Notes: a model not told the origin generated them from the sequence alone. A DNA stretch of 64,000 nucleotides from Eledone cirrhosa (GCA_964016885.1 OZ024743.1:123070001-123134000); one strand, 5' to 3'. Shown: positions 14,744 through 28,579, counted from the first letter of the stretch. Numbers and translations are program-made.

Positions 14744-15235
14744 AAGTATGTATGTGTGTTTGTGTGTATGTATGTTTGAATGTTTGTATGTATGTATATA
14801 TGTTTGTAATGTTTGTATGTATGTGTAAAGATAAATATTTATTTCGCTTCAAACAACGTCGCCATTTTTCATCGAATCATCACAAAATTTGGTATGAGAT
14901 TGTGTTCTATCAGAATAATCAATGAAAAGAAATTTTGAATTCGATATCTTAACCTCAGAAAAAAGGGATTTTTATATATATAAAAAGAAATGTCATATAG
15001 ATAGAATGAAGCGTGGAAGAAAGACACAGCTGAGGAGGGGATAAAACAAACGTAATTTTCAGCTCTCTATAAGTTGTATGATTTGTGTTTGTCTGACTCT
15101 CTCTCTCTCTCTCTCTCTCATCTCTCACTCTATCTATCTATCGCTCTCTTGGGCTCACTTTTGTTGTATATACACAAACAAACATCTCATTCAAACATCA
15201 ACGATATAATCTAACTACACATATTACCGTTACAG

Positions 15236-15332
<97 letters not shown>

Positions 15333-15571
15333 AACCACATTGCAGCTTAATCCAGCTACGTATTCAAATATGTTGTATTTCATGTTAAAATCTGGCATTG
15401 TGGTTTAGATGGTTTGGTTCATACAGATGATTCGATGCTAAAATCCCCGCAAACGGTACGGTACAGCCAGAGTCTTTTTGTCATATTACATATATATATA
15501 TATATATATATATATACGTTGTTATACGATATATATATATATACGTTGTTATACGTTGTTACACGATTTAC

Positions 15572-15609
<38 letters not shown>

Positions 15610-16059
15610 CGCGTGTGTGTATGCTATTTCTGAGTACACATGATATAGACAGACAATAGAAAGACAGGGACATCTCCCTTTTTCCCCTGCTGGCTGCTGG
15701 AGATAACCATCATTTACTTTACATGCTTGTATATGTATTATGAGAATGTGCGTATGTATAGATAGTATAAGTATTCTTGAGTAGGTTTTTGCAGTCATGA
15801 TACATTCCTTACGTACAGTCAAGCTAATATAAATGTCTACAATACTTGCTGTAAATACTTTATCCATTCTCTTACATAGCAAAGTCGTTTTGCTGCACCT
15901 CCATTGCTTTTCCTTTGAGAAACTTGGAGCTGCATTTTGATTTGCAGCTGTCTATATATACAATTTTACATAGATCACATCTCTGGATGAACCCCCATAT
16001 GTGAAGGCAGAAGATATATGTTAACATCTGCATAGATTTCCTCGACTAGCTTAGAAACA

Positions 16060-16238
16060 ATAATTGTTTCTACTTTAGGCACAAGGCCAGCAATTACCCA
16101 GTGCATTACTGGTACTTTATTTTATCGACCCCGTAAGGATGAAAGGCAAAGTCAACCTCGGCGGGATTTGAACTCAGATCGTAAAGGGACGTAACTATGC
16201 TGGAAAGCATGGCGTCCGACTCTCTACCGAGACTGCCA
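16060..16238 (-). mobile_element. SINE family 1 copy
   Basis: Reverse complement of the family 1 sequence. Confidence 0.85.
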
Positions 16239-16907
16239 ATAATGTTGCTCAAAATCAGGCACAGTGACCTTCCATTTAAATTATCACATACGGAATTTCT
16301 TTTTCCTACGACCAAATATATTAAATCTAATAAAAAATATTATTTTAGATGTTTTGTTGCTATATCTGTAGATTTAATCCATAGTATATAAAAAAGATTT
16401 ATCATTACAAGACATAACATTTTTGTGAATAATCTGCAAGAAAAATGAATATCATGGGAGTATAAGCATGTATCTCGTAGTTAGTCCAAGTTAAAGCGAA
16501 TAAGGTCAGGTACGAAGCGTAATCGAAATTTTGATTGAAATGAGACTTCACATGAAAAGTAAAAAAACTGAAGAAGCTAGTCATAAAATATTTTGAAGCC
16601 ACCCTTGTTCGATAATTAACCTGTCAAACATTTTGTGTTTATTAAATTCTAACATTCTCTATATAATGAATTTAACACACATGATAGTAACTGTGCATTA
16701 TTAACAACCAAAAACTGCGTTAACTGAGTTAATAGATTTTTATAGATTCTGGTATTACGACGATACAGGAGAATAAGCGATGTTGGTGCCTTTCTGAAAG
16801 TCATTAGTAATGTAAGTGAAGTGAACTACTTACAAATGAAAATATTTATCTAATCTATTCTAAGGATGTTGTCAATCATGGCATCTTTTAATATATATAT
16901 ATATATA

Positions 16908-17266
16908 TGTTAGGTAATTCTGAAGGAAACTCAAAGGAAAAAAGAGTGCTCTATGTATAGAACAGAGCTATTTAATTAGAAAGTGAACAACACAAAATAT
17001 AACTACTCCAATATTGTCTGGATCCAGAAACCTTTGGTAATGGAGTAGTTATATTTTGGTGTTGTACACTTTCTAAATAAATATATACATATATATATAT
17101 ATATTTACATAATATACAACACAATATAATTATTTCATTACCAAAGGTTTCAGGAAACTAGACGATCTTAATGGAATAGTTATATTGTATTGTTTATTAT
17201 GTTATTAAATAGCTCTGTACTATACACAGAGCACTCTTCTTTCCTTTACCTTTTCTACGGAATTAC

Positions 17267-17272
<6 letters not shown>
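16908..17272. repeat. Two related fold-back cassettes in opposite orientation around a (TA)n run; related piece at ~4947-5062
   Basis: Inverted repeat 16972-17010/17041-17081; second hairpin ~17110-17200; outer tails are inverted. Each carries an HHR 3' half GAAACC-TTT-GGTA. Confidence 0.75.
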
Positions 17273-17310
<38 letters not shown>

Positions 17311-19019
17311 CACACACACACACATATATTTATATATATATATATACCCCCGCTGCAGATACATAGTCATAATTCGTATGGAAATGTCTTATTCATTTGG
17401 CCATTTAGCTTATAAAGCATAAAGTAATTTACATTATCAATTAAAGAAAATATAATGTCAGGGCTGTATCCCGCCAAGTCATAACTTTGACCATGTTTTT
17501 CTTAGATATACGGAAAAAATAATAAAGACAATAATGAGGTAAATGATAAACTATAGCCTCACTCCAGCATCTAAAATAAGAAGATTTCCAGAACTTCCTT
17601 TATTGCCTGCCTGCTTCTGGTCGACTATTTTGGAGATCGGTCCAGCAGATAAACGAAACTAAATATTTAAAAGCAGCGGTAGCTTAAAGTAAAGAATGTC
17701 GTCTTCAACTGACTGAGGTATTCAGGAAAATAGTGAATGCTTTACACATCTCCAATGTAAAACAAATATTGTTGTAGTTCATGATTTAATAAAAAGATCA
17801 TAGGTTTCTTCTAAAATAAATACAGCAATAATTAGTGATTTCACAGACGGATAATGGCGATCTATTAAAGTAAATATTGCTCCAGTTAATGATGTAATGG
17901 AAGGATTATAGAGACTTAATACCTCCCAATTTATTCTGAAATCTTATTTTCTTTACCCTCTTTCTTTAGCCTTGCCTCACGTTTTCTTGTACTCTCTTTC
18001 ATTCCCCCTCGCTATCTCTCTTTATACTTCTCTACACTCACAACGCATTTCTCTTTCATTTTCTCACTCTCTTTCTCCTGTCTTTCTCCCTCTTTTCTTC
18101 TTTGTCTCCCACTTCTCTTTATGCTTTTATCTGTCATATTTTCCCGTTTGTCGACGCTCTAATTCCTTTAACTCTCTGTTCCTCGTATTCCCTACTTCGC
18201 TCTATATGTAATCTCGTACTTTTGCATATTCCTGGTAGCCTTCAAACATCTCCTAGAATACTGATTTTCTAATGTGTTGCAGGGTATATGTATGTTTGTG
18301 TGTGTGCGCGTATAAATGTGTGTGTGCGTGTATGAAGGTGTGCGAGCGTCTTGCTGAACTATTTGACTTTCTCTTATTATAAGTTGACCAACACAATGCT
18401 TTTCATTATATGTCAGGAAATATTTTATAAGTGTGTGTGTCTGCGTCTGTGTATGAGTGTGCGTGCGTGTGTGTGCGCGTCTGTGTGTGTACATTACTTT
18501 GTAACGACTTGCAAAACATTTCATTGGCGGATATTTTTATATCTAAGTATGGAATTTATGTAGAACAAATCGTTTAACAATTGTCGCTTATTATAATTTT
18601 GTATTTTAGCGAGCTGATCAAAATGGACATTGAAACTCGTATTTCCACTTAGTATTTTATGGAGCGATTAAACAAACCTGTAATTATATGGAATCGCTAA
18701 CAGTGTACGGAACAGTGATAGGCCATCATCTCATCATTCCGCATTATAGTTAACACATTTCACTGTACGGATGGAATTATCTCGTGATTACAAGTTTTAT
18801 TTAGAGCCCTTTCAAATATACAGTTAATGAGGTGTGGTAAATAAATATGCAGTTAATATACACCAGGTCCGAACACAATGGAACCAAACTCTACTGTCAC
18901 TGCCTCCGTCTCTTCCGCTCTCCCCTACAACTGCATTGTTTTTTAATCAACAATTATGACACAGTAATACAAGCATGAAGTAGTTTTATGTGGCATCACA
19001 GTTGCAAAGACATAGGAAA

Positions 19020-19760
19020 ATCAGATATGTCATCTTCCAATAAGTTAGCACATTGCCACATTTCGCAAATGCACTTATAGAATTCTTATAGAATTCTTAT
19101 AGAATTCTTGATGAACACAATTCTTGATGAACACAGTTCGGGATGGAATCGTTGGATGAGGCTGTCCGCATTACAAGCACGCCAGATCACCTGACATAAC
19201 GCCTCCAGATATTCTCCAATGGCCAGGGGAGCAGTCATAAAATCATGCGTCTAAAACGTGACACACCGCAGAATCATCTAGAGTTGAATGAGTTGATCAT
19301 GACAGAAATAGAATATGTCGATCATGATGATATAACACAGAGTTTCTCAAAGTGGGCACTACTGACCCCCCTCCCCGGAGTGATGGGGGTGGGGGCGTTG
19401 AAAAGATCCAAGGAGCTCTGCAGGCTAAGGGAGCGGTAGAGATGATATAATAGTATATTAAATATCAAATGATACATATTATATATAAATATAGTAAAAT
19501 AAAAAATCTATATAATTTTTATTTATACGTAGTATATGTTATATTATTTATTATATATAAATTTAAGATTTTATTTATTATATATTATTTACAATTTGTG
19601 TGTAGGCAGGTCCCTCTGGAAATAGGTTTGGGGTGCGCTGAAAGTATTACGTAGCCGTAAGGGGGGCGGTAGTCACAAAAGTTTGAGAACCTCTGATATA
19701 GCAGCTGCAGTACTCGATGTCGGTTACCGCTGTTAATATATACAAGACCTACATGGGGAA
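19020..19760 (+). mobile_element. Decayed Tc1/mariner-superfamily transposase remnant, interrupted by a hAT MITE
   Basis: IFQ..PHF...EFLDEH...ARSPDITPPD matches the conserved WP.RSPDL.P.D motif. Confidence 0.55.
19338..19695. mobile_element. hAT (Charlie-like) MITE
   Basis: TIRs CAGAGTTTCTCAAA / TTTGAGAACCTCTG with 8-bp TSD atataaca/atatagca. Confidence 0.75.
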
Positions 19761-20065
19761 ATTATTCTAACGATTTTTGTAACATTGCCATTCTCTAGTT
19801 ACATGTTTGTGAGTGTTTTATTAATTAAATTGTTTGAATGATAAATTAATACCATTAAAATTACTTCCTGATTTCTGAGAAGCATACACACATACATACA
19901 CACGCACACACACATAGGCACGCACGCACACACACACACACACACACACGCGCGCACACACACACAGTGGAGGGTATATATATATATATATATGTTCATC
20001 TTATTAAAGCTGAATAGTGAGTCTAGTTACTTTAGTTTTGCCTGTCTATCACAGTGTTCTCAGAC

Positions 20066-20127
<62 letters not shown>

Positions 20128-20128
<1 letters not shown>

Positions 20129-20269
20129 ACGAAGGAGTTGTGGTAAGGAACCAGATGGACCATAACGCAACAGAGTACTCAATACTTAGGGTAGTAGAGT
20201 GGGTAATAGTCCAGAAATAGCCGTCGAAACGGCTTGAGCTCTGCCGTCGGGGTCATACATTTTCCTATA
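20128..20269. mobile_element. Family C mini-cassette: inverted pLTR tail plus HHR 3' half
   Basis: GAAAC ggc-ttgagctct-gcc GTC gggg, preceded by the reverse complement of the tail at 35631-35703. Between (TA)n runs. Relatives at 50768-50925, 58984-59080 and 60071-60180. Confidence 0.7.
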
Positions 20270-20570
20270 TATATATATAAAGTAAGTCCAAAGAATCATT
20301 AGATAAAATATATACAGTATTTCCTCTCCCAATCAGTATAAATCAACCACACAAATCATTTAAAAGAGGCTATAAGTTTAAAATGTACTTATGAAGAAAT
20401 AATAGACAAATTGTATAGCTTCTTTTCCGCGACGTACAGCTATATGATATTTACCTAATATTCCTACTAGCCTGTAGAAATTGACTAGACATATAGTTAA
20501 CTACACGTAATTAGGTATAAAATCGAAGTTGGAAGAAAAAATGTACATAAACTTTACCAAAATCTTCATA

Positions 20571-20655
20571 ATCTCTACTACCCGGCGGTTTCGTTCACTT
20601 TTTGGATATATCCGGTCTTGGATAAATCAACGAGGCTTGGAACTCATCAGGAGAT
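20571..20655 (-). ncRNA. Type I hammerhead ribozyme motif with long stem II
   Basis: atctc CTGATGA gttc...gaac GAAAC cgccgggta GTA gagat. Canonical core, 5-bp stem I. Confidence 0.75.
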
Positions 20656-20839
20656 ACCTCAACTGGACTAAGATTTTTCTACCATGATCCCCGCCAGAAA
20701 TGAATTCAAAATGGCTAAGAATCATCACATAGCCAGTGGTCAAGGCAGAAAGTTTGTGATTGGAGCCTGTCGGCGAGTAGGCTGGTTGCTAGAAAGCGCA
20801 GCCGAATACTGCCTAAAGCTTTACTCAATCTTACGGGAG

Positions 20840-21397
20840 TATATATTAAATTTAAAGGGTATATATATATATATATATATATAAATTAGACAAAGTCATA
20901 GATACATATATATGTTTTTGGCAACCATTCACGGTGTGGCTCAATGAAGGATTAATTAAATAATTAATAATCAGAGAAATATATAAAAAAGTAAGTCCAA
21001 AGAATCATTAGATAAAACATATACAGTATTTCCCAAGCAGTATAAATCAACCACACAAAAAATCATTTAAACGAGGTTATAAGTTTAAAATGTACTTATG
21101 AAGAAATAATAGACAAATGATATAGCTTCAAAATATTTACCTAATATTCCTACTAGCCATTTCTTCATAAGTTTCATTTTAAATTTATAGCCTCGTTTAA
21201 ATGATTTTTTTGTGGTTGATTTATACTGATTTGGAGAGGAAATAGTGTATATATTTTATCTAATGATTCTTTGGACTTACTTTTTTATATATTGCTCTGA
21301 TTATTAATTATTTAATTAATTCTTCATTGAGCCACACCGTGATGGTTGCCAAAAATGTATATATAACTTTGTCTAATTTATATATATACCCTTTAAA

Positions 21398-21408
<11 letters not shown>
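20840..21408. repeat. Inverted repeat with ~250-270 bp arms and ~50 nt spacer; partial direct copy at 20279-20472
   Basis: 20840-21108 is the near-exact reverse complement of 21159-21408. Confidence 0.9.
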
Positions 21409-21434
<26 letters not shown>

Positions 21435-21589
21435 AGATAGTACGTTCTTTTATATTCCGCACGAATAAAAATATAGAAGCTAGAGAAATGGTCGCATGTG
21501 GCGGATAGCGATACAGCCACTATGGAGGAGGTTCTATACTACCGGCTAGATATAGATATAGTCGTGGTTAAGCTGGAATCAGGCTTTAG

Positions 21590-22625
21590 ATCAACAAATA
21601 AAATGTTCTAGCAGACCATCCGGCGACTTTGTAAAATGGCGTCCTCCTTCACACCTGCTACCAGGAATGCATCTGGGTTTCTCCTCTCTTCAGAAAGTTG
21701 CATCCTCGCGAGTTGGAGAGAGTATTTTGCTGATCTCCAAAACCTGATCACAACATCATCTTCTGATGAACACGAGGTGCACCTGGGAGCGAAGAAGCCA
21801 GATCTGGCTAGGCCGCAGGGGAGGATGAAATTCGACCCGAGATGTTAAAAGCCTTAAATAGAGAAAGCATTCTCTAGTTGACTCGTTTGTGCCAGGTGGT
21901 CTGAGGGATCTTTTTTTTAACCCTCTCCGGTAAATTTTATACTAAGTATCTGGTAAGTAGATGAAGGGAGATTGTCGAGTCCAAAATAGCTGATGAACAG
22001 TGTGGGTTTCGCCCCGAACATAGCACGGCCAAACAAATATTCACACTGCGGCATGTATTTGAGAAACCGTGTGTATTCTTGCTTTGTAGACAACGAAAAG
22101 GCATATGACTGGTTTACTCGGGCCCTGCTGTGTAAGGTTCTGAAAGAGTATGGGATAGATGGTCAATTTCTTTTTCCTGATGTATCTATACGAATGCCTG
22201 AGCATTTGTGTTTGAATAAATGTTGGTAAATCGAAACCATTTAATGTGGGAGTCGGACTCCCGCCAAGGGTGCTTACTGTCATCTCTTTTGTTCACTATT
22301 TTCACGAACAGGATTGACATGCGCAGCCGGGCTGGAAGTGGTGTCACAACTGGTAGGTGCAGAACCAGTTGGATGGAATTTGCAGACGGCATGGGATTAC
22401 TTAAGTCGACAGATGTTAATCTCTGACTTGTACTCGATATGTTTGATGCCGAGTGGCTGGAATGAAAATCAATGCTGCGATGACTAAAAAATTGACCCCT
22501 CAAGGAAACCTGCGCACTTCACTCTACATGTGTATGGAGTTCCACTGAAGCAGGTGGATAAGTTGAAATATCTCGGAATCGCGTTCACAAGTGATGGAAG
22601 TCAGGAGTCTGAATTAAGTGCAAGA
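21590..22625 (+). mobile_element. Decayed RTE-clade LINE (Rex3/Expander-like) RT fragment
   Basis: QTIRRL; WREYFADL; DEIRPEMLKAL; QCGFRP; FVDNEKAYD; RQGCLLSSLLF; FADG. Contains frameshifts. Confidence 0.85.
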
Positions 22626-22644
22626 AAAAAAGCCATCAAGTGAA

Positions 22645-23165
22645 GAAGGGAAGTAGTCATCATTATAGGTGTTGAACACTTTAAAAATAATATATCTTCT
22701 CTCTTACAAGACACTGCCTATTTTAAAACAATTACCAGCAATAAAAAATGATGACCAGACTAAACATACTCATTTACTAATATGAAAAAGGCTTAAAAAA
22801 AAAAATGTGATTATGTAACTCATTCTGATTGCAAACTTAATTATCTTTACGGACTTCCCAAAATTCACAAAAGCAAAATGCTTAAGGATGCCTGTAAACA
22901 ATCTACTTTAATATGTATAAGCATACAACACATTAACGACCTTAAATTCTGTCCAGTTGTAGCGAGCCTAAATTGTGAAAAACACAGACTCAGTAATTTT
23001 ATAATCATAGTAGTGAAACCAATTCTCATACCCGTTATTACATACCGGGCCTTATAAAAGATAACATTTAACCTCGTAAACCATCTCCTTAAACACAACA
23101 GAAATAGTATCATTGTATCTTTTGACGTAATAAATTTCTACATTACCATCCCACACCAACACGGC
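22645..23165 (+). mobile_element. Decayed PLE RT N-terminal fragment
   Basis: LYGLPKIHK...KFCPVVA...RLSNF...VKP...IKD...IVSFDVINFYITIPHQHG matches PLE YGLPKIHK / RPIV / SFDV.SLYTNIP. Confidence 0.85.
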
Positions 23166-25407
23166 CAACATATACACCTTGGCATAACGTGAGAAGCTGT
23201 CTCAATTCTCCGTCTGCTATTTTATTTATCGACCCTGAAACGTTGAAAGCTAAATTTGACATCGACTGCATTTGAACTCAGATCGCAAATACTCCCACTT
23301 TATTCTGCTCACCTACTTTGTATAAATTTAATATTTATCAATATAATTTTGTAGGGGAAATTTACTTTGATTAAACAACTGTTACCTATTATATGTGATA
23401 AATAAGAATTCAAAAGCAAGCAGTATAGAACACTAACGTCAACTGTATCTCCGTATCACTCCGATTTGTAAATAGTGGTAGCTTCGTTTTGAGTCTTTAT
23501 CAAAGAGTTTATATATCAATTGATTTATTATTACTTCATCAAATATTTTGTGAGGTGATTTTTATGAGATACTATGATCGTGGTTTGCACTGTCAGAAGA
23601 TAGAAACTCTTTTATCCACTATAAAATGAATTAATTATTTCAATCAATTATGTGTTACATATTTTATTAACCTTAGTTGGATCAAAGGTTACGTCAACTA
23701 TGACAAACCAAAACTTAAAAGACAAACATAAACTCAAACGAATTCCTATTCGAATCACTTTTATATCTGTGTCTTTCATCACAATGTGGTATTTATTATT
23801 GAGGATGTAAGCTGGCTATCTGATTATACTTATTTATACTGATTTTCTTTCACTCCAGCCATTGATATCCTTAGGGAAATACGAAACTTGCAATTTCCTA
23901 TTTATTCTCAACATTTTATTTAAAATATTATATCTAATAAAGAAACGCAGAATTTACTTTTAAAGTTGATGTAATGTTTGTTATACGATGTTAGTGTGGT
24001 TTCGGCCCTAACTAATATTTCTGCAGTTTTGATAAAAAAAAAAAAAGTAAATTTTGCATTACAAATAGTGTTTTGACGTATTGATTGATTAGTTGCTCAG
24101 AGGGATTATTTAACACGTGATTTAGTTAATGAATGATTAAATATGTGTGGACAGTAGTGATTCATTAAATGAGTAGACATAACGATGGAGAGAGAGAGAG
24201 GGGGGATAGACAGAGAGAGAAAGGGGGGGAGTAATGTACCTTAACCTTTACAGAGTAGGGTTACGTGTAATGATATGTATCTAAGGTTTTTCTAGCTTGA
24301 AGTAGAAAATCTCTTTCCAGATCGATGATTTCAACACCTGGATATTATATAATGCAAGAGAGGAGAGAGAAAAAATCCACAACATCCTTATCAACAAGCA
24401 CCAACTCAACAATAAAATAAACATTAACGACAAAAAGCAAATAACTATTAACACTAATAATAGCGTAATTACAACAGAAATAGAGAGAAATGCTGCAAAA
24501 ACAAATATCTCGAAAATATCAACTAAAATAAGTGTGACAACAACTACAATAACAACTGACAGAGCATATATAATAAACTAAAATTACATAAGGAATGTAT
24601 CATAGACGAGATAAAAGAGAAGGAAAATATAACATAATGCTTATGAATAAAATCCCACGCACAAACCATAATAATCGGAAATATAAACAATTATATTGAC
24701 ACGAATGTAGATATATAGATTAAAAATCATATCAATTTTAGATTTTGCACAAACTCAAATACGTACATACTGACTTATAAGCACTATCACCACAAATATA
24801 CACACCATGAGCAAATACTATTGTCTCACTCATTTAAATATGCACATATTCTGAACCATATATATCTGTTCTATGTATGATTTTTCAATACATACACATC
24901 TGCACGTTCATACCCCAATCCACACGTCCATACTTCAATCTGTACTTTTATACACGCATATGGATGCAGATGTGCAATCACATAAACACACCACATTTAT
25001 GAGCTTACAGGTATATAAACAGATCAGAAAAATGCATTCGCTCACACATATACGCTTACTCATGCATACTCTTGTACCACATCTGCATAAGTGGCGCAAA
25101 TGCACGCACGCTCTCATACTCGAAAGGCAGACACCAACTTGGATGTTCACACATAAATACACACATTTAAGGAGTGATGGACTGAATGCCACACACACTG
25201 ACCATTGAAAGATCTAAGCCTACATAAACGTATTCATGTGTTCAAGTAGCCCCCTTTAAAGGGGCAGCCTCTATCTCCCTCTCTTTCTTTCTCTCCCTTA
25301 CATACACACACACTCTCTTTCTAACACCCTCGCGGACCCTCCTCTTCTCTCTCTGTCCTTTCTCTCATTCTTCTCTTTTACATCCCTCTCTCTCTTTCTC
25401 CCCCTCC

Positions 25408-25439
<32 letters not shown>

Positions 25440-25671
25440 GTCTCTTTCTCTCTCCCTGCCTCTCTCTCTCTCTCTGTCGGTCGCTCTCTTCATCACCTCA
25501 GCTATGAGATAATCACAACACTAAGTCACTATAGAAGGAAACCTGATCTTTTCACCAGTGATCTGATTGGCAAAAAGCGGTTGATCATTAATCAAACCAG
25601 TCATGTACAGACTGGTTGGCGACCTCTTATTAGCAGTTTGAATCCATGGCTGTGTGCGTGAGTGTGTGTGT

Positions 25672-25672
<1 letters not shown>

Positions 25673-25754
<82 letters not shown>
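25673..25754. repeat. (TAG)n microsatellite
   Basis: Direct reading. Confidence 0.95.
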
Positions 25755-25755
<1 letters not shown>

Positions 25756-26190
25756 AATAGATTTCTAACAGAAAGTTCCCCAGGCCTCACCAAAACATGT
25801 CTGGGGAAACATTTCTATAGCAAGAAAGCACGTTCAAGCTAATGTCTGAAAAAAAAAGCCAGGTAGTTCCATTGCAGCATATAGCAGAAACATAGCCAGG
25901 GTTTTCAGATATCTGAATATAAGTGTGCTAGATACAAACGTGATTTAAGTATACATTTCAGGAACTAGACGCATCCAAAGTCTTTTCCTACAGACGACAT
26001 AATGCCACTTGATTTCCATACATGAAAAAAAATCCATATATATAATCAAGTGTGTGAATATACAAATTAATGTATGATGCATGTATTTAAGTATGTTATT
26101 ATATACTCACACACACAAACACGCATATATATATATATGCGCGCGCGCGTTTGTGTGTGTGCATATGTGTGTATGTGTGCATGTTGTGTG

Positions 26191-26265
<75 letters not shown>

Positions 26266-26269
26266 GTAC

Positions 26270-26395
26270 ATACATATATGAATAAACATATATATATATA
26301 TATTTATTTATTTATTTATATATACATATATATATATTTATTTATTTATATATACATATATGTATGAATAGTCAAATAAATTTTATATATAAATA

Positions 26396-26457
<62 letters not shown>

Positions 26458-26599
26458 TATATATGTATAAATGTATATATATATATATATATATATATAG
26501 TTATATATATGTATAAATGTATATATATATATATATATATACATTTATACATATATATAACTATATATATATATATATATATACATTTATACATATATA

Positions 26600-26661
<62 letters not shown>

Positions 26662-26746
26662 CATATATATTTATATATAAAATTTATTTGACTATTCATA
26701 CATATATGTATATATAAATAAATAAATATATATATATATATATATG

Positions 26747-26779
<33 letters not shown>

Positions 26780-26799
26780 GTTTATTCATATATGTATGT

Positions 26800-26802
<3 letters not shown>
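26270..26802. repeat. TA-rich palindrome centred near 26530
   Basis: Unique islands (tgaataaacat, gaatagtcaaataaatt, agttatatatatgtataaatg) recur inverted and in mirror order. Confidence 0.8.
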
Positions 26803-26885
<83 letters not shown>

Positions 26886-26970
26886 GTAGGTCCCGGGTTG
26901 AGTCGGGGATAACCACAGTAAGTAAGGTACTCAATACATGGCAGAGTAAAATTTTTTTATTTTATAGAAG

Positions 26971-27023
26971 GAGCTTCTACAGGACTAGTACTGTTTCATT
27001 CAGATGAAATCTTCAGGAAGCCC
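26971..27023 (-). ncRNA. Type I hammerhead ribozyme motif (mirror copy on + at 27027-27075)
   Basis: gggcttc CTGAAGA tttcatctgaat GAAA cag-tactagtc-ctg TA gaagctc. 7-bp stem I, 4-bp stem III, GUA cleavage triplet. Confidence 0.8.
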
Positions 27024-27084
27024 AGTGCCTCCTGAAGATTTCATCTGAATGAAACAGTACTAGTCCTGTAGAAGCTCCTTCTAT

Positions 27085-27127
<43 letters not shown>

Positions 27128-27179
27128 GTATACATTAATATTATATATATATGCATACATATATGGATAAATGTATAAA

Positions 27180-27214
<35 letters not shown>

Positions 27215-27781
27215 CAAAGAGTTCTCACAAAACAAATGGGCAAACGTACAATATATGATACCATCATATATTGTACATTTGTATGTATCTATGCAAATAC
27301 AAAATTGCATAAAATCTCAACTATTAATATATAATTCAATAGATGACTCTTCTTTATAATCGATTTTCAATATAGACAAAGAAACAGGAGGAAATGTGTG
27401 AATCTCTATAAACAATAGGAAGCACCTGACCTAATTTGTTCACCATCACACTCTTTCTGGTTCAAACCCATTTGGTTTCGGTACAAATGACTAATAAGTT
27501 TTTATGAGTGGATAAGCATTCAGTAGAGACTAGTAGTTGCGATTGGAAGCTTTCACAATAAAGAGAACGCAGAAGGTAACAAAGCCACGTGTATAATAAC
27601 TAGTTTGAGATAATCCTTGATTTCCACAAATATTGGTACTCCTCCATTTACGTTTTTATTTCCGTTTTTATTTCTTGCTGATATTCACATCTTTCGACGG
27701 CGTGCGTCGGCAAAACTCAGAAATACACATGCTTGCAGCTATTTCCCGCATACATACAAGCATGCATACAAACGAAAGCTT

Positions 27782-27900
27782 TAGGCACGTCTGTGTGGTT
27801 TTGTGTTCAGTTTCACTTCGCGCCACATTGAGCAAAAGTTTTCTACTATAGATTCGTGTTGCCCAATGCTTTGCGAGTGAAATTTTGTAGACGGAAAGTG
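27782..27900 (+). mobile_element. SINE family 2, degenerate copy
   Basis: ttctactatag...gtgaaattttgtagacggaaa is shared with 30445-30608 and 63706-63865. Confidence 0.55.
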
Positions 27901-27953
27901 TATGTATGTATGTATGTATGTATGTATGTATGTATGTATGTATGTATGTATGT

Positions 27954-28572
27954 CAGGTCACCAGTTGGTGCTACTGGTAACATGTATCCCAGTACAACCT
28001 GTCCCATGGTCGGGTCGTTGGCGACTAAACTGGCAACCCCACCAAGGTTCCTTGGTGAGGAGGGTGACTTTGGACATCCTGCAGGACTAAAAACAAGACC
28101 TGTCAAAGGGCAAAGGAGCTCTTAAGAGTCAATGGCCATCCAAAATCACCGGGAGAGATGACCCCTTAGCCTTTGTCAAGACAGGATTCTAGGAGAAGGA
28201 AAACTCTGATATAACACCTGCAACTCTGATGGTATCCAATGATGTTGACTTGTTCTTCTTTTTGGTAAATATCATCTTGGTTAAGAGAGTGGGACTGGCT
28301 TTGTGCAGTGCCTTTGCTCACTATAAAAGCTTCACGGCACAGGCATTGCTTTATATCTGGAGATCTCTCTGCACTTGTCGTCACAGGGTACCATGGCCCC
28401 AGCACTATGTGTCAATATTTGTCACAAGTGTAGTGTTTGTACCAGAGTTTTCAAGTCGCTGGCTGGACTAAAAGGTCACACTCGTTCAGTGCATCGGTAG
28501 GGGTTCTCCTATATGGATATAAAGTAGTGGCCGTACTCGAAAACGAGTTGGCAGCCACCATGTATGTATGTA
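27954..28572 (+). mobile_element. Non-autonomous RTE derivative (5' UTR fused to 3' end), copy 1
   Basis: RTE-type 5' UTR motif CTAGGAGAAGGAAAACTCTGA, C-terminal CSVCTRVFKSLAGLKGHTRSVH* zinc finger, (ATGT)n tail. Confidence 0.7.
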
Positions 28573-28579
28573 TATTATG

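Noticed and set aside
15410-15470. cagatga...gcaaac ggtacg gta as a hammerhead
   Set aside because: Both core halves are altered and there is no stem I pairing.
27954-28035. HDV-like ribozyme in the RTE leader
   Set aside because: P2-, P4- and CTAA-like pieces are present, but there is no room for P3/L3/P1 in the required order.
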